From the NCBI GenBank assembly GCA_050123235.1, contig JASFHL010000003.1, forward strand, positions 50,077-114,076: a stretch of 64,000 nucleotides of DNA, read 5' to 3'. Source of the stretch: Candidatus Woesebacteria bacterium. Its GTDB lineage: Bacteria > Patescibacteriota > Microgenomatia > UBA1400 > PJMF01. Every line of letters begins with the position of its first letter. Within the stretch, counting starts at the first letter, position 1. Under the pieces are notes generated by a model. That model worked only from the letters and a program-made list of their open reading frames with translations, did no database searches and was not told where the DNA came from. A program made the position numbers and the translations under genes. Below, piece after piece: positions 11,613-20,745 of the stretch.

Positions 11613-12360
11613 TTCTGCTTATTAAGTCATAGGCTAGACTTGCCAATGATATGTAATGAATAGCCAAGTTCTTATCTAATTTTGTTGCTGGAGTATGTGA
11701 TTTTTCATTTCTTAAAAACTGTATAGCCATGTGTAAAAATTTAATCCCTTCGAAAAAATCCCTCTCTGCGTCATCTTTTGGCAAATGTCCAAATATTTTT
11801 TGGTAGTTACTTTTGTTAAAAGCATCTGTAGCTTTTTCTTTACCTGTAATATCTTTTAGTTTTTTTCTTACCACTTTGTAGGCTTCTTCAACCGCATTAA
11901 AATAATGACCATCGTTTAGTAAATTTTGAACATGATTAAAAATCTCATCTTGAAGCGTAATAGTGATATTCCCATTTTTGAAACTTGCTTTAAGCGCAGC
12001 CTCTTCTTTAATTGTTGTTTTACCAAGCAATCTTTGGGCAATCTTATTACCAGCATTTACTCTTGCCTTTGGAAAATCGTCTCTGTTGAGATTTTCTACT
12101 AAAATTTGAGTTTCAATATAAGAAATCAGTTTAAGAATGCTTTTGGCAACAGTGGTGTCATCGGCAGTGGACCAAAAACCCCGCATTCTATTAGCCTTTG
12201 AACCGCTAGCATAGTTATATTTCTGGCTATAAATTTTAATCTTCAGGTCATCTCTAAAAAACTCTCCCATTGTCCTGTCTGAGAAATTCAAAACATATCC
12301 ACTCTCCATCTGAAAAAGCTTTTCTAAGATTTGTTTTTCGTTTGTCGTTAAATTAGCCAT
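11605..12360 (-). CDS. TIGR02391-like protein with Abi-type N-terminus and HEPN-like motif
   Basis: N-terminal MESGYVLNFSDRT; C-terminal HYFNAVEEAYK...LRNEKSH (RxxxxH). Confidence 0.7.
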   Translation of the reverse strand: MANLTTNEKQILEKLFQMESGYVLNFSDRTMGEFFRDDLKIKIYSQKYNYASGSKANRMRGFWSTADDTTVAKSILKLISYIETQILVENLNRDDFPKARVNAGNKIAQRLLGKTTIKEEAALKASFKNGNITITLQDEIFNHVQNLLNDGHYFNAVEEAYKVVRKKLKDITGKEKATDAFNKSNYQKIFGHLPKDDAERDFFEGIKFLHMAIQFLRNEKSHTPATKLDKNLAIHYISLASLAYDLISRND

Positions 12361-12362
12361 AT

Positions 12363-13901
12363 TTATAAATCAAATCCTACTTTTGCTAAGTTCTCTTTAA
12401 TTTTCTTTTCTAACTCTTTAGACTCTTTGAATTGTTGACTTAACTCATTTGTGAGTCTTTTCATTTTCTCCTCAAACACCTCGTCATCTTCCATCTCAAA
12501 ATCTGTACCTACATAACGACCAGGAGTTAACACAAAACCATTCTTTTCTACTTCTTCAGTTTTGGCAGCCTTACAAAAACCCTTAACATCTTCATACTTG
12601 CCATTCTTATTTCTCCAGTTGTGATAAGTGTCAGCAATTCTTTGTAGCTCTTCTTCTGTCAACTCTCTATGCCTTCTATCTATCATCTTGCCTAATTGGC
12701 GAGCATCAATAAAAAGAATTTCATCGTGGCGGTCACGGAATTTGTGGTTATATCTATCTCTACTTACAAACCACAAAGAAGCGGGAATGCCTGTTGTGTA
12801 AAAGAGTTTATCTGGCAAGGCCACAATACAGTCAACCAAACCAGCCTTGATTAAACTTTTTCTAATCTTTCCCTCATTAGAAGTATTGGAAGATAAGGCC
12901 CCATTGGCCATGACAAACCCAGCTATACCTTCAGGGGACAAATGATGAATAAAATGCTGAATCCAAGCATAGTTGGCATTTCCTGTTGGAGGCGCACCAT
13001 ATTTCCAGCGCACATCGTCTCTTAGCCTCTCTCCACCCCAATCACTATCATTAAAAGGAGGATTAGCCAAAATAAAGTCTGCTTTTAGGTCCTTGTGTTG
13101 GTCATTATGGAAACTGTCTGCATCGGAAGTACCAAGGTTACCCTCAATTCCTCTAATAGCCAGATTCATCTTACAAAGGCGCCAGGTAGTAGGGTTGCTC
13201 TCTTGCCCATAAACTGAAATATCGCCAGTCTTTCCTCCATGCTCTTCTACAAACTTCTCACTCTGCACAAACATACCTCCAGAACCACAACAAGGATCAT
13301 AAACTCTGCCCTTGTAAGGCTCTATCATCTGAACCAGAAGTTTAACTACTGAGGCTGGAGTATAGAACTCACCACCACCCTTACCTTCTGCACTAGCGAA
13401 TCTCCCAATAAAATACTCATAAACTCTGCCCAATATGTCTTTAACCTTAGCTTCTTTATCTCCTAAACCTAGAGAGCTGAAAATATCGATAATCTCTCCT
13501 AAGCGCTGTTTGTTAAGGTCTGGTCTGGCAAATCTTTTTGGAAGTACGCCTTTGAGAGTAGGGTTGTCCTTCTCAATGGCTATCATGGCATCATCAACAA
13601 GCTTACCTATCTCTGGTTTCTTAGCATTTTGCTTTAAATAATCCCAACGAGCCTTTTCTGGTACCCAGAAAGCATTTCTAGCTTTGTAAGCATCTTTATC
13701 TTCCCATTCACCATCAAAAGCGTCTTTGTCAGCCTTAATTGCTTGGTAGATATCTTCAAAAGAGTCTGAAATGTATTTGAGAAATATCAAACCCAAAACT
13801 ACATGCTTATACTCGGCTGGGTCCATATTGTTACGCATTTTATCTGCGGCGGCCCACAACTTTTTTTCAAAGCCAAGATTGGCTGTGGTTCTTTTTGTCA
13901 T
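12363..13901 (-). CDS. hsdM: Type I RM N6-adenine methyltransferase subunit
   Basis: [36 protein letters not shown]. Start reassigned to MTKRTT because the upstream extension overlaps an HTH gene. Confidence 0.96.
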   Translation of the reverse strand: MTKRTTANLGFEKKLWAAADKMRNNMDPAEYKHVVLGLIFLKYISDSFEDIYQAIKADKDAFDGEWEDKDAYKARNAFWVPEKARWDYLKQNAKKPEIGKLVDDAMIAIEKDNPTLKGVLPKRFARPDLNKQRLGEIIDIFSSLGLGDKEAKVKDILGRVYEYFIGRFASAEGKGGGEFYTPASVVKLLVQMIEPYKGRVYDPCCGSGGMFVQSEKFVEEHGGKTGDISVYGQESNPTTWRLCKMNLAIRGIEGNLGTSDADSFHNDQHKDLKADFILANPPFNDSDWGGERLRDDVRWKYGAPPTGNANYAWIQHFIHHLSPEGIAGFVMANGALSSNTSNEGKIRKSLIKAGLVDCIVALPDKLFYTTGIPASLWFVSRDRYNHKFRDRHDEILFIDARQLGKMIDRRHRELTEEELQRIADTYHNWRNKNGKYEDVKGFCKAAKTEEVEKNGFVLTPGRYVGTDFEMEDDEVFEEKMKRLTNELSQQFKESKELEKKIKENLAKVGFDL

Positions 13902-13929
13902 AATTTTCTTAATTCTCTTTTTATTATTT

Positions 13930-14109
13930 TCAACTATTTTCTTTAAGATATTTTTTAATATCTTCTTGGCGATAACGTCTATCACCAACACCCTTACGAC
14001 TTCCGATTCTGACTGCCTTTAATTTACCTTGATTATCCCAACGTCTTAGCGTTTCTGTGTTTACTTTTAATAATTCAGCTGCTTCTTTTATTGTTAGTAA
14101 TTTCTTCAT
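13930..14109 (-). CDS. Excisionase/MerR-like HTH protein, 59 aa (not in ORF track)
   Basis: [59 protein letters not shown]; first gene of the hsd operon. Confidence 0.85.
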   Translation of the reverse strand: MKKLLTIKEAAELLKVNTETLRRWDNQGKLKAVRIGSRKGVGDRRYRQEDIKKYLKENS

Positions 14110-14201
14110 ATCAGTGATTCCTCATTGATTAGTGAATTCCATTTAATTATACATCCCTTCTTGTGTATTTGAAATGATAACAGTAAAATATAACTACAAA
14201 A

Positions 14202-14308
14202 TCAGAGCTGCGAAACTATAGCCTTTGGCGTGTCTTGAACCCAAAAAGGGGCGACTCTCGTAGGGTTCAAGGCTTCGCAGCTCTGAATACTGGGGGTCGT
14301 CCCTTTTT
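14202..14308 (+). promoter_or_regulatory. Structured leader with alternative pairing (pseudoknot or terminator switch)
   Basis: tcagagctgcgaa/ttcgcagctctga and cttgaaccc/gggttcaag stems. The loop aaaaaggggcgactctc can pair with downstream gggggtcgtcccttttt. Confidence 0.55.
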
Positions 14309-14338
14309 ATTAATTTTGGATGGCCCAGAAAGGTAATC

Positions 14339-14674
14339 ATGGGCCTATTTTTTAAATCTGACGAAGAAAAGAAAAAAGAAGAGAAAGCAAAGCTTGAAGC
14401 AGTTCAAAAGCAAACTAATAAACTACTTCAAGGCTTAGGCTTAGACTTTGACAACTATTCTGAAGACAATTTAGAAGAAAAAAACAAAAACGATATTACA
14501 GCTATTGCTAAAACCACGGGTATAGGTGCAGCTGGAGAGCTTCTCTCTTCATTTAATATGTCCAACTATGAAAAAATCGCTACAACTCACCTAGGCACGC
14601 TTATAAAACAAAATTGGATCATCATCCGTCAACTCGAGTTAATCACTAGATTTCTTAATAAAACAGAAAAATAA
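14339..14674 (+). CDS. Hypothetical phage-type protein
   Basis: 111 aa, AAAGGT SD, C-terminal LIKQNWIIIRQLE. Confidence 0.7.
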   Translation: MGLFFKSDEEKKKEEKAKLEAVQKQTNKLLQGLGLDFDNYSEDNLEEKNKNDITAIAKTTGIGAAGELLSSFNMSNYEKIATTHLGTLIKQNWIIIRQLELITRFLNKTEK

Positions 14675-14838
14675 ATGTAACTTTACTTGACATCGCAATG
14701 TTTCTTGAATAACCTAAGAATAGGTATAGTTTCAGTAAAAGGTCTAGGTCTAGCTATTGTTGCTGGGCCTTTTTGTTTCTAGGCATAGTGGAGGGTGAGA
14801 TTCCCACCGAGGTTTGATTTTATCTCTGGAGGGAATCT

Positions 14839-15585
14839 ATGTTATATAACAAATCAAATAAAAGGCCTGTCGGTTGGTGCTTAATTCCACCCGAAGTTAT
14901 GGCAAGAAATGATTTATCTAATAGTGAAAAGCTTTTACTAGGTAGAATTAATGGTCTAAGGAATGAGAAAGGTTACTGCTATGCAACTAACAGATGGTTG
15001 GGAGAACAAATCGGATTACAAGAAGGAACTATTTCCAATATTATTAGTTCTTTAGTAAGAAAAGGTTTAATTGATAGAAAAATCATAAGAGATGAAAATA
15101 AGGAAGTTATCGAAAGGCAACTTTACCCTATTGAAATTACACAATGGATATCTGCTAAAACAAAGCTAACTCAATCTAGCCACGAAATAATTGATACCCC
15201 TGTCCATGAAAACGTTGAAGGTAGTATTAGAGATTTTAGTAATAGATATAATAATAATGGTAAGGCAAAGCCTTACACAAAAAGTGTTTTTGAACATATA
15301 GAAGAAAATCCTAGTATATACGAAGAAGTTAATACTGCTATCGACTACTACATTAATAACTACCAATGCCTTATAAGGAAAATGCACCCAAGAATTACTT
15401 TGGATCAATGGTCATCGGTTAAATATGGATTTGAGCTTATTGCTGGAGAATACACTCCAAGCATAGAAGAGTGGGAGAAAATGATAAACAAATGGTTTGA
15501 TATGAATATCCGTACAGATTACAACATCATCCATTTTAGTACGGGAGATTTTATTAAAAATAGGTATTTTGAAGAGTGTTACTAG
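14839..15585 (+). CDS. Winged-HTH protein, phage replication-initiator-like
   Basis: IPPEVMARNDLSNSEKLLLGRINGL...GYCYATNRWLGEQIG...TISNIISSLVRKGLI; GGAGGG SD. Confidence 0.7.
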   Translation: MLYNKSNKRPVGWCLIPPEVMARNDLSNSEKLLLGRINGLRNEKGYCYATNRWLGEQIGLQEGTISNIISSLVRKGLIDRKIIRDENKEVIERQLYPIEITQWISAKTKLTQSSHEIIDTPVHENVEGSIRDFSNRYNNNGKAKPYTKSVFEHIEENPSIYEEVNTAIDYYINNYQCLIRKMHPRITLDQWSSVKYGFELIAGEYTPSIEEWEKMINKWFDMNIRTDYNIIHFSTGDFIKNRYFEECY

Positions 15586-15792
15586 AAACGTAGTATTTTA
15601 ACGAACTTTACTCATTAATGAGTCTTTTAAAAGAAGAGTCAAAACGCTGATTTTAAGGCTAAAAGCAAGAGTATCCTTGTTTATGAATTAATCACGAATC
15701 AATTTTGATAACCCAGCTTATGTCAATCCTTAAATCATAAGGAGAGATATAACAAAGAAAAATGCGTCAAATATGAGAGACCCATCCAGTTT

Positions 15793-16017
15793 TTAAGATG
15801 ATTTCTGCGAATCCTGAGCACCCCCATCTACGCCAGATTCATCGATAAATATCTTAAGATCAGACTCAGAGAAACGATATTCACCCTTACCACTATCTCC
15901 AGGGAGCTTAATAAACTTTATTTTCCCATCACGACACCAACGTCTAACCGTTTCTGGATTGACGTTAAACATTACTGCTACATCTTCGATAGTTTTGTTG
16001 TAGGTAAGTTCACTCAT
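15793..16017 (-). CDS. Excisionase-like HTH protein
   Basis: TIEDVAVMFNVNPETVRRWCRDGKIKFIKL...YRFSESDL. Confidence 0.85.
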   Translation of the reverse strand: MSELTYNKTIEDVAVMFNVNPETVRRWCRDGKIKFIKLPGDSGKGEYRFSESDLKIFIDESGVDGGAQDSQKSS

Positions 16018-16128
16018 ATATTAGTGATTGTAGTACTTAGTGGCACTAAAGTCAATTTAGTTGCTTGACATTGTATATAATATTATGTAATATGGTAGTA
16101 TAAACGTGTATGCAGGAGTACTAATCAC

Positions 16129-16302
16129 ATGATTAAACCAACCATAAAAGACAATAAAGACTGGATGGGCTTAGTAGCTCAAAAACTAGCCGAAATAAGA
16201 CTTTCTGAAGTAGGTTTTCGTTTTGTACCTGGAGTATTCCCTGCTTGGAGGCGTGTTAGAAGATTTTTAGAGGCAAAAGCCAGAATTATTAATTCAAACT
16301 AA
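16129..16302 (+). CDS. Small hypothetical protein, 57 aa (not in ORF track)
   Basis: MIKPTIKDNKDWMGLVAQKLAEIRLSEVGFRF...; CAGGAG SD; first gene of the recombinase operon. Confidence 0.55.
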   Translation: MIKPTIKDNKDWMGLVAQKLAEIRLSEVGFRFVPGVFPAWRRVRRFLEAKARIINSN

Positions 16303-16329
16303 ATATTTTATAGAAAGGAGTAATAAAGT

Positions 16330-16494
16330 ATGAAAAAAATAATAGGTTATTCTCGCATATCAAGTATAAAACAGTTATCTGACAATCAACTAGCTAAAAG
16401 TCAAAAAGAACTGGTTGCTGAATATGTGAATAAAAATAGATGCAAATTAATAGTGACGAATAACGATAGATTTTGCAGAAAGGGAATGAAATGA
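16330..16494 (+). CDS. Mini serine-recombinase N-terminal paralog, 54 aa (not in ORF track)
   Basis: MKKIIGYSRISSIKQLSDNQLAKSQKELVAEY...; AAGGAG SD; ATGA overlap with the recombinase start. Confidence 0.65.
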   Translation: MKKIIGYSRISSIKQLSDNQLAKSQKELVAEYVNKNRCKLIVTNNDRFCRKGMK

Positions 16495-17996
16495 AAAAAG
16501 CAGTTGTCTATGCCCGAGTTTCAGACCCAGGACAAGTTGGAGGTTTGTCACTCGATGTTCAAAAGGAAAAGTGTGCAGAATGGGCAAAGAAAAATAAGTA
16601 TCAAGTAGTCGGGGTATATGAGGATGGTGGCAAAACAGGAACTAAAACAGTAGGTCGTGAAGGTTTAGAAGATATGATTATTCAATGTCAAGAAGAAAGC
16701 ATAAATGTGGCTTTGGTGATAGATACAGACAGAATTGCTAGAAACGAATTTGATCATTATAAAATCGTACACATTCTTAGGGAAAGTAACACTCAACTAG
16801 TAGCAATAAACCAACCAATGATAGATGATTCTGCAGAAGGTAAGCTCATGGAAGGCATGTTAGCCAGTATTAATGCCTTTTATAGTCGTCTAACAGGTCG
16901 CAAGGTTAAAAAAAGTCTAGAGAAGAAGCTCAAGGATGGTGATTGGCCTGGTTGGGCTCCTCTTGGTTATAAGAATGTTAATCTAGGCTCAGAAGACAAA
17001 CCCCATCGTGTTATTCAAGTTGATGAGGATAAGAGTTCCCTCATTAGTGAGTTATTTAAACTTTACTCTACGGGTAGCTATTCGGTTGACGAGCTAGTAG
17101 ATCATATAAACAAGAGGGGTCTAAGAAGCAAAACAGGCAAAAAAATGTATCGCAGTATTGTTTATGAGATGCTTAAAAACCCTTTCTATATCAGCTGGAT
17201 GAAATATAACGGTCAAACTTATAAAGGAAAACATAAAGCCTTAACCACACCAGAAATATTTGAAACCTGCCAGAAAATCATGGATCGGCACAACCATAAT
17301 GCCTGCAGAAGAAGAAAGTACAAGTGGCTTTTAAATGGTTTTGCTTATTGCCAAGAGTGTAATGCAAGACTTTATGGAGATAGGGTTAATGCGAAAAATA
17401 AGGCCTATTATCACGGCAACTCTAGAAGTGGTTGTAGTCACTACATTCCTTTAGATGAGCTTGAAGACGCTGTAGCAGACGAATTTAAGAAGATCGAGTT
17501 ATCAAAAGAGTTTATCCAAGCAGTTTTAGATAAAGCTAGAGAGCTTATCAAACAGTCTAGAGACTCCAGAACATCTGAGATAAACGGCGTGAGAAACGCT
17601 ATCAAAAAATTAGAAGATAAACGCAATATTCTTGAAGATAATCTCTTGGACCAAACCATTGATAAAGAGTCATTCAAGCGTAAACATCAAGACCTTAATT
17701 TTCAAATTCAAAACTTAGAGAATGATATAGCTACTATTGAAAACCAGAGAGGCTTTGATGTTGATGTGATAGAGGAGGTCTTAAAGCTCACCAACAACAT
17801 CTATGAGGTCTATTGTGATGCTGGCTTTGAAGCCAAGCGCCATTACTTAGCTATTTTCTTTGAGAGATTTGATATTAAAGACAAAAAGGTGGCAAAAGTT
17901 ACCTACACACCACTCTTTAAAAAGCTACTTGACTCGAGGAAAGTTAGAGTAAGTAGTAACTGGCTCCCCAGGTGGGACTCGAACCCACAACCTTGA
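16491..17996 (+). CDS. Large serine recombinase (integrase)
   Basis: VYARVS catalytic motif, DRIARN, recombinase domain, zinc ribbon CQEC, coiled coil. C-terminus WLPRWDSNPQP is encoded by the antisense of tRNA-Asn. Confidence 0.95.
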   Translation: MKKAVVYARVSDPGQVGGLSLDVQKEKCAEWAKKNKYQVVGVYEDGGKTGTKTVGREGLEDMIIQCQEESINVALVIDTDRIARNEFDHYKIVHILRESNTQLVAINQPMIDDSAEGKLMEGMLASINAFYSRLTGRKVKKSLEKKLKDGDWPGWAPLGYKNVNLGSEDKPHRVIQVDEDKSSLISELFKLYSTGSYSVDELVDHINKRGLRSKTGKKMYRSIVYEMLKNPFYISWMKYNGQTYKGKHKALTTPEIFETCQKIMDRHNHNACRRRKYKWLLNGFAYCQECNARLYGDRVNAKNKAYYHGNSRSGCSHYIPLDELEDAVADEFKKIELSKEFIQAVLDKARELIKQSRDSRTSEINGVRNAIKKLEDKRNILEDNLLDQTIDKESFKRKHQDLNFQIQNLENDIATIENQRGFDVDVIEEVLKLTNNIYEVYCDAGFEAKRHYLAIFFERFDIKDKKVAKVTYTPLFKKLLDSRKVRVSSNWLPRWDSNPQP

Positions 17997-18035
17997 AGTT
18001 AACAGCTTCCTGCTCTGCCATTGAGCTACCGGGGA
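17961..18035 (-). tRNA. tRNA-Asn(GTT)
   Basis: Minus strand TCCCCGGTAGCTCAATGGCAGAGCAGGAAGCTGTTAACTTCAAGGTTGTGGGTTCGAGTCCCACCTGGGGAGCCA; cloverleaf with encoded CCA. Confidence 0.96.
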
Positions 18036-18282
18036 TTGTAAAAGAACTCAAAAATTATACCAATCAATTATTCAAAATACCAGCTATCCAGCCGAGGGTT
18101 TTTCTCTGTCAATCAAAGCTATTAACAATTATGTCTTTGTAAATCGTTCTTTTGGTATACCAGTGATATCTGACCAAAAACTTATCGTTTTTTTTCATTA
18201 TTATTATAATGAATCTAAATTCGGCCTCGTAACTTGCTGCTATCGACTTTCCCAAATTTTTTTAGCCAAGCAAAATTTTAAA

Positions 18283-18684
18283 TTAACTTTTCTTTTTCCT
18301 CCATCTCAAAAAATCTTTCCCCATATCACCACCACTGATCAATATTCCCAAAAATAAAGTCCCCCAACCGCTCAGATATAAAATCATGGGTACAAAGTCA
18401 TTAAAAAAAACGTCAAACCACCTCTTGGCTCGATGATGTCCTTCTTCTTGAATGACCGTGGTCACAGTTTGTTCTTGCAGAGGATCTACCACGTGTTTGA
18501 GATACTCAAATCTGGCTAGTAACAAAACAAAGGCTAGCAAAAAGAAAACATAAACTCTTCTTGGTTTTCGCAGTAATAATACTAAAGCCAAGATAATCCC
18601 CAAAAATAGAGCAATGGCATCGCTGTTATGCAAAAAAGTGAGGTATACCAGTCTGGCTAGGCCAGTTTTGAGGGCAGGGTTCAT
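18283..18684 (-). CDS. Hypothetical membrane protein
   Basis: Three hydrophobic segments; directly downstream of rpoD. Confidence 0.7.
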   Translation of the reverse strand: MNPALKTGLARLVYLTFLHNSDAIALFLGIILALVLLLRKPRRVYVFFLLAFVLLLARFEYLKHVVDPLQEQTVTTVIQEEGHHRAKRWFDVFFNDFVPMILYLSGWGTLFLGILISGGDMGKDFLRWRKKKS

Positions 18685-18693
18685 AGTTAATTT

Positions 18694-19788
18694 TTAATCA
18701 AGAAAATCTTGTAATTTTTTTCTACTACTAGGATGCTTGAGTTTTCTTAAAGCCTTAGCCTCTATTTGTCTAATTCTCTCCCTAGTGACACCAAATTTAC
18801 GACCCACTTCTTCCAAAGTCATGCTCTTGTTATTATGTAAACCAAATCTCATTCTTAAGACTTTTGCTTCTCGATCAGAGAGGGCTGACAAAACTTCGTT
18901 GACATTCTCTCTCAACATCTGCTGACTAGTGGAATCATAAGGTGAAGTTTGTTTATCATCAGCAATAAAGTCTCCCAAGATACTGTCATCTTCACCATCA
19001 CCCACTGGAGTTTCCAAGGAAGCTGTGTTTTGGGCAATCTTGAAAATCTCACGCACTTTATCAGGGTGCATCTCCATTTTTTTGGCAATTTCTTCTGGAG
19101 TGGGCTCACGACCCAGAGCCTGCATCATTCTACGGGAGGTTCTCATCAACTTATTGATGGTCTCCACCATGTGCACTGGGATGCGGATAGTGCGAGCTTG
19201 ATCAGCTATGGAACGGGTGATCGCTTGTCTGATCCACCAGGTGGCATAAGTAGAAAATTTAAAACCTTTGGTCCAGTCATATTTTTCTACTGCTCTGATC
19301 AAACCTTTATTACCTTCTTGAATTAAATCTAAAAAAGTTAAGCCACGACCAATGTATTTTTTAGCAATCGAAACTACCAAACGAAGGTTGGCATCAATTA
19401 GTTTTTTCTTAGCTCTTGCACTGCCTGCTTCTACTCGTTGAGCTAATCTAATTTCTTCTTCTCTAGTTAAAAGTGGAATACGACCAATCTCTTTGAGGTA
19501 CATCCTGACTGGGTCAGAAACACCCACATTACCTAGAGTGGCTAAGACATCCAATTCTTGTTTGAGTAAATCTTCGTCTTCATCTTCAGGTCTATCAGAA
19601 ACTGACTCAAAGATATCAATGTTATTCTTTAAGATTTGATCATAGAAATCATCGAGTTCATCAAGATATAGTTCTGGCTCAACAAAAACATCTAAGACTT
19701 CATCTTGAGTAATGAAACCATGTTTTTTTGCTTTTTTGAGCAACTCCTTAATATCTTTGACTAGTGCCTTAGGAATTTTCTTTTGCAT
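18694..19788 (-). CDS. rpoD: Primary RNA polymerase sigma factor
   Basis: [55 protein letters not shown]. Confidence 0.97.
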   Translation of the reverse strand: MQKKIPKALVKDIKELLKKAKKHGFITQDEVLDVFVEPELYLDELDDFYDQILKNNIDIFESVSDRPEDEDEDLLKQELDVLATLGNVGVSDPVRMYLKEIGRIPLLTREEEIRLAQRVEAGSARAKKKLIDANLRLVVSIAKKYIGRGLTFLDLIQEGNKGLIRAVEKYDWTKGFKFSTYATWWIRQAITRSIADQARTIRIPVHMVETINKLMRTSRRMMQALGREPTPEEIAKKMEMHPDKVREIFKIAQNTASLETPVGDGEDDSILGDFIADDKQTSPYDSTSQQMLRENVNEVLSALSDREAKVLRMRFGLHNNKSMTLEEVGRKFGVTRERIRQIEAKALRKLKHPSSRKKLQDFLD

Positions 19789-19903
19789 GGAGATCTCAAT
19801 ATTATAATCTGCTAGGCTATTTTCTGCAAATCTGGAATAGAGTTTTATTCCAGATATCTAAAACACTTTAATTAATTAAAGCAAAAATTGTTTAATTTGG
19901 CTC

Positions 19904-20680
19904 TTAATTTATAATCGGCCAGTCTAAAGTTTTAGTTAAATAGATGGGTTTCTTTTTACCCACCACTAACATATATTCAAACATAGCTGCTTTGCTGCCA
20001 TCAGCTGTTTTGACTGTCCAAGCATCCTTTTCTATCCGGATACGTCTGTCACCGGCTACAATTTGAGCTTCAACACAAATTACCTGGCCTTCAATTAGAC
20101 GTGTGCCCGATCTGGGTGAGCCATAAGCTGGAATCTGTGGATCTTCATGCAAACTATGACCAATCCCATGGCCAATGAATTCTCTGACCACTGAAAAACC
20201 AGCTGTTTCAGCCACAGTTTGCATAGTATAGCCTAAATCGCCAGTGGTATTAGCTACAATTGCTTTTTTACAAGCCTTTTGAACAGCTTTTTTGGCTACT
20301 CGTACTAGTTTCTCATCTGCCGGTGATAGTTGCTCCACGCCCACTGTAAAACAATGATCTGTATTCAAACCTTGATATTCAATGCCAAAATCTACTTTCA
20401 CTAGATCACCTTTCTTAAAAATTCTATCATCAGGTATGCCATGCACCACTGTATCATTAACAGAAATACAAGTGGCGTGTTGATATTTATTTTTTTTAGG
20501 ACCGACGCCCTTAAAGTTTGGACTTACCTTATATTGTTTACAAAGTCTATCTGCTAAGGCATCAACTTCTAAAGCAGTCACTCCAGCTTTAATTGCTAGC
20601 CTAAGTTGTTCTAGAATCTCAGTGGAGATTTTAGCTGCCTGTTGGTATTGTGCAAGTTGTTGAGAAGTTTTAATTATCAC
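19904..20680 (-). CDS. map: Methionine aminopeptidase type I
   Basis: CISVNDTVVHGIP, GDLVKVDFG, GHGIGHSLHEDP. Confidence 0.93.
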   Translation of the reverse strand: MIIKTSQQLAQYQQAAKISTEILEQLRLAIKAGVTALEVDALADRLCKQYKVSPNFKGVGPKKNKYQHATCISVNDTVVHGIPDDRIFKKGDLVKVDFGIEYQGLNTDHCFTVGVEQLSPADEKLVRVAKKAVQKACKKAIVANTTGDLGYTMQTVAETAGFSVVREFIGHGIGHSLHEDPQIPAYGSPRSGTRLIEGQVICVEAQIVAGDRRIRIEKDAWTVKTADGSKAAMFEYMLVVGKKKPIYLTKTLDWPIIN

Positions 20681-20745
20681 AAGTTTTAAAATTTTCTATA
20701 AATTTGTAAAAATCTTCAATGGACAAAGTGGCTTTAATTTCGCAA

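Larger units (their letters stand above)
3687..17975. mobile_element. Integrative element (~14.3 kb) inserted at the tRNA-Asn 3' end
   Basis: Large serine recombinase runs into the tRNA; direct repeat core tggctccc(c)agg at 3687 and 17961; cargo of RM genes, HTH proteins and a replication-initiator-like protein. Confidence 0.75.

Noticed and set aside
13902-13991. N-terminal extension of HsdM in the ORF track
   Set aside because: Overlaps a better-supported HTH gene in another frame; HsdM homology starts near 13901.
4945-14022. Plus-strand ORFs inside hsdR, the ATPase and hsdM
   Set aside because: Antisense shadows of well-supported genes with no motifs.
14765-14830. tRNA-like fragment ggtgagattcccacc
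   Set aside because: Only a T-arm-like hairpin; no acceptor or anticodon arms could be built.
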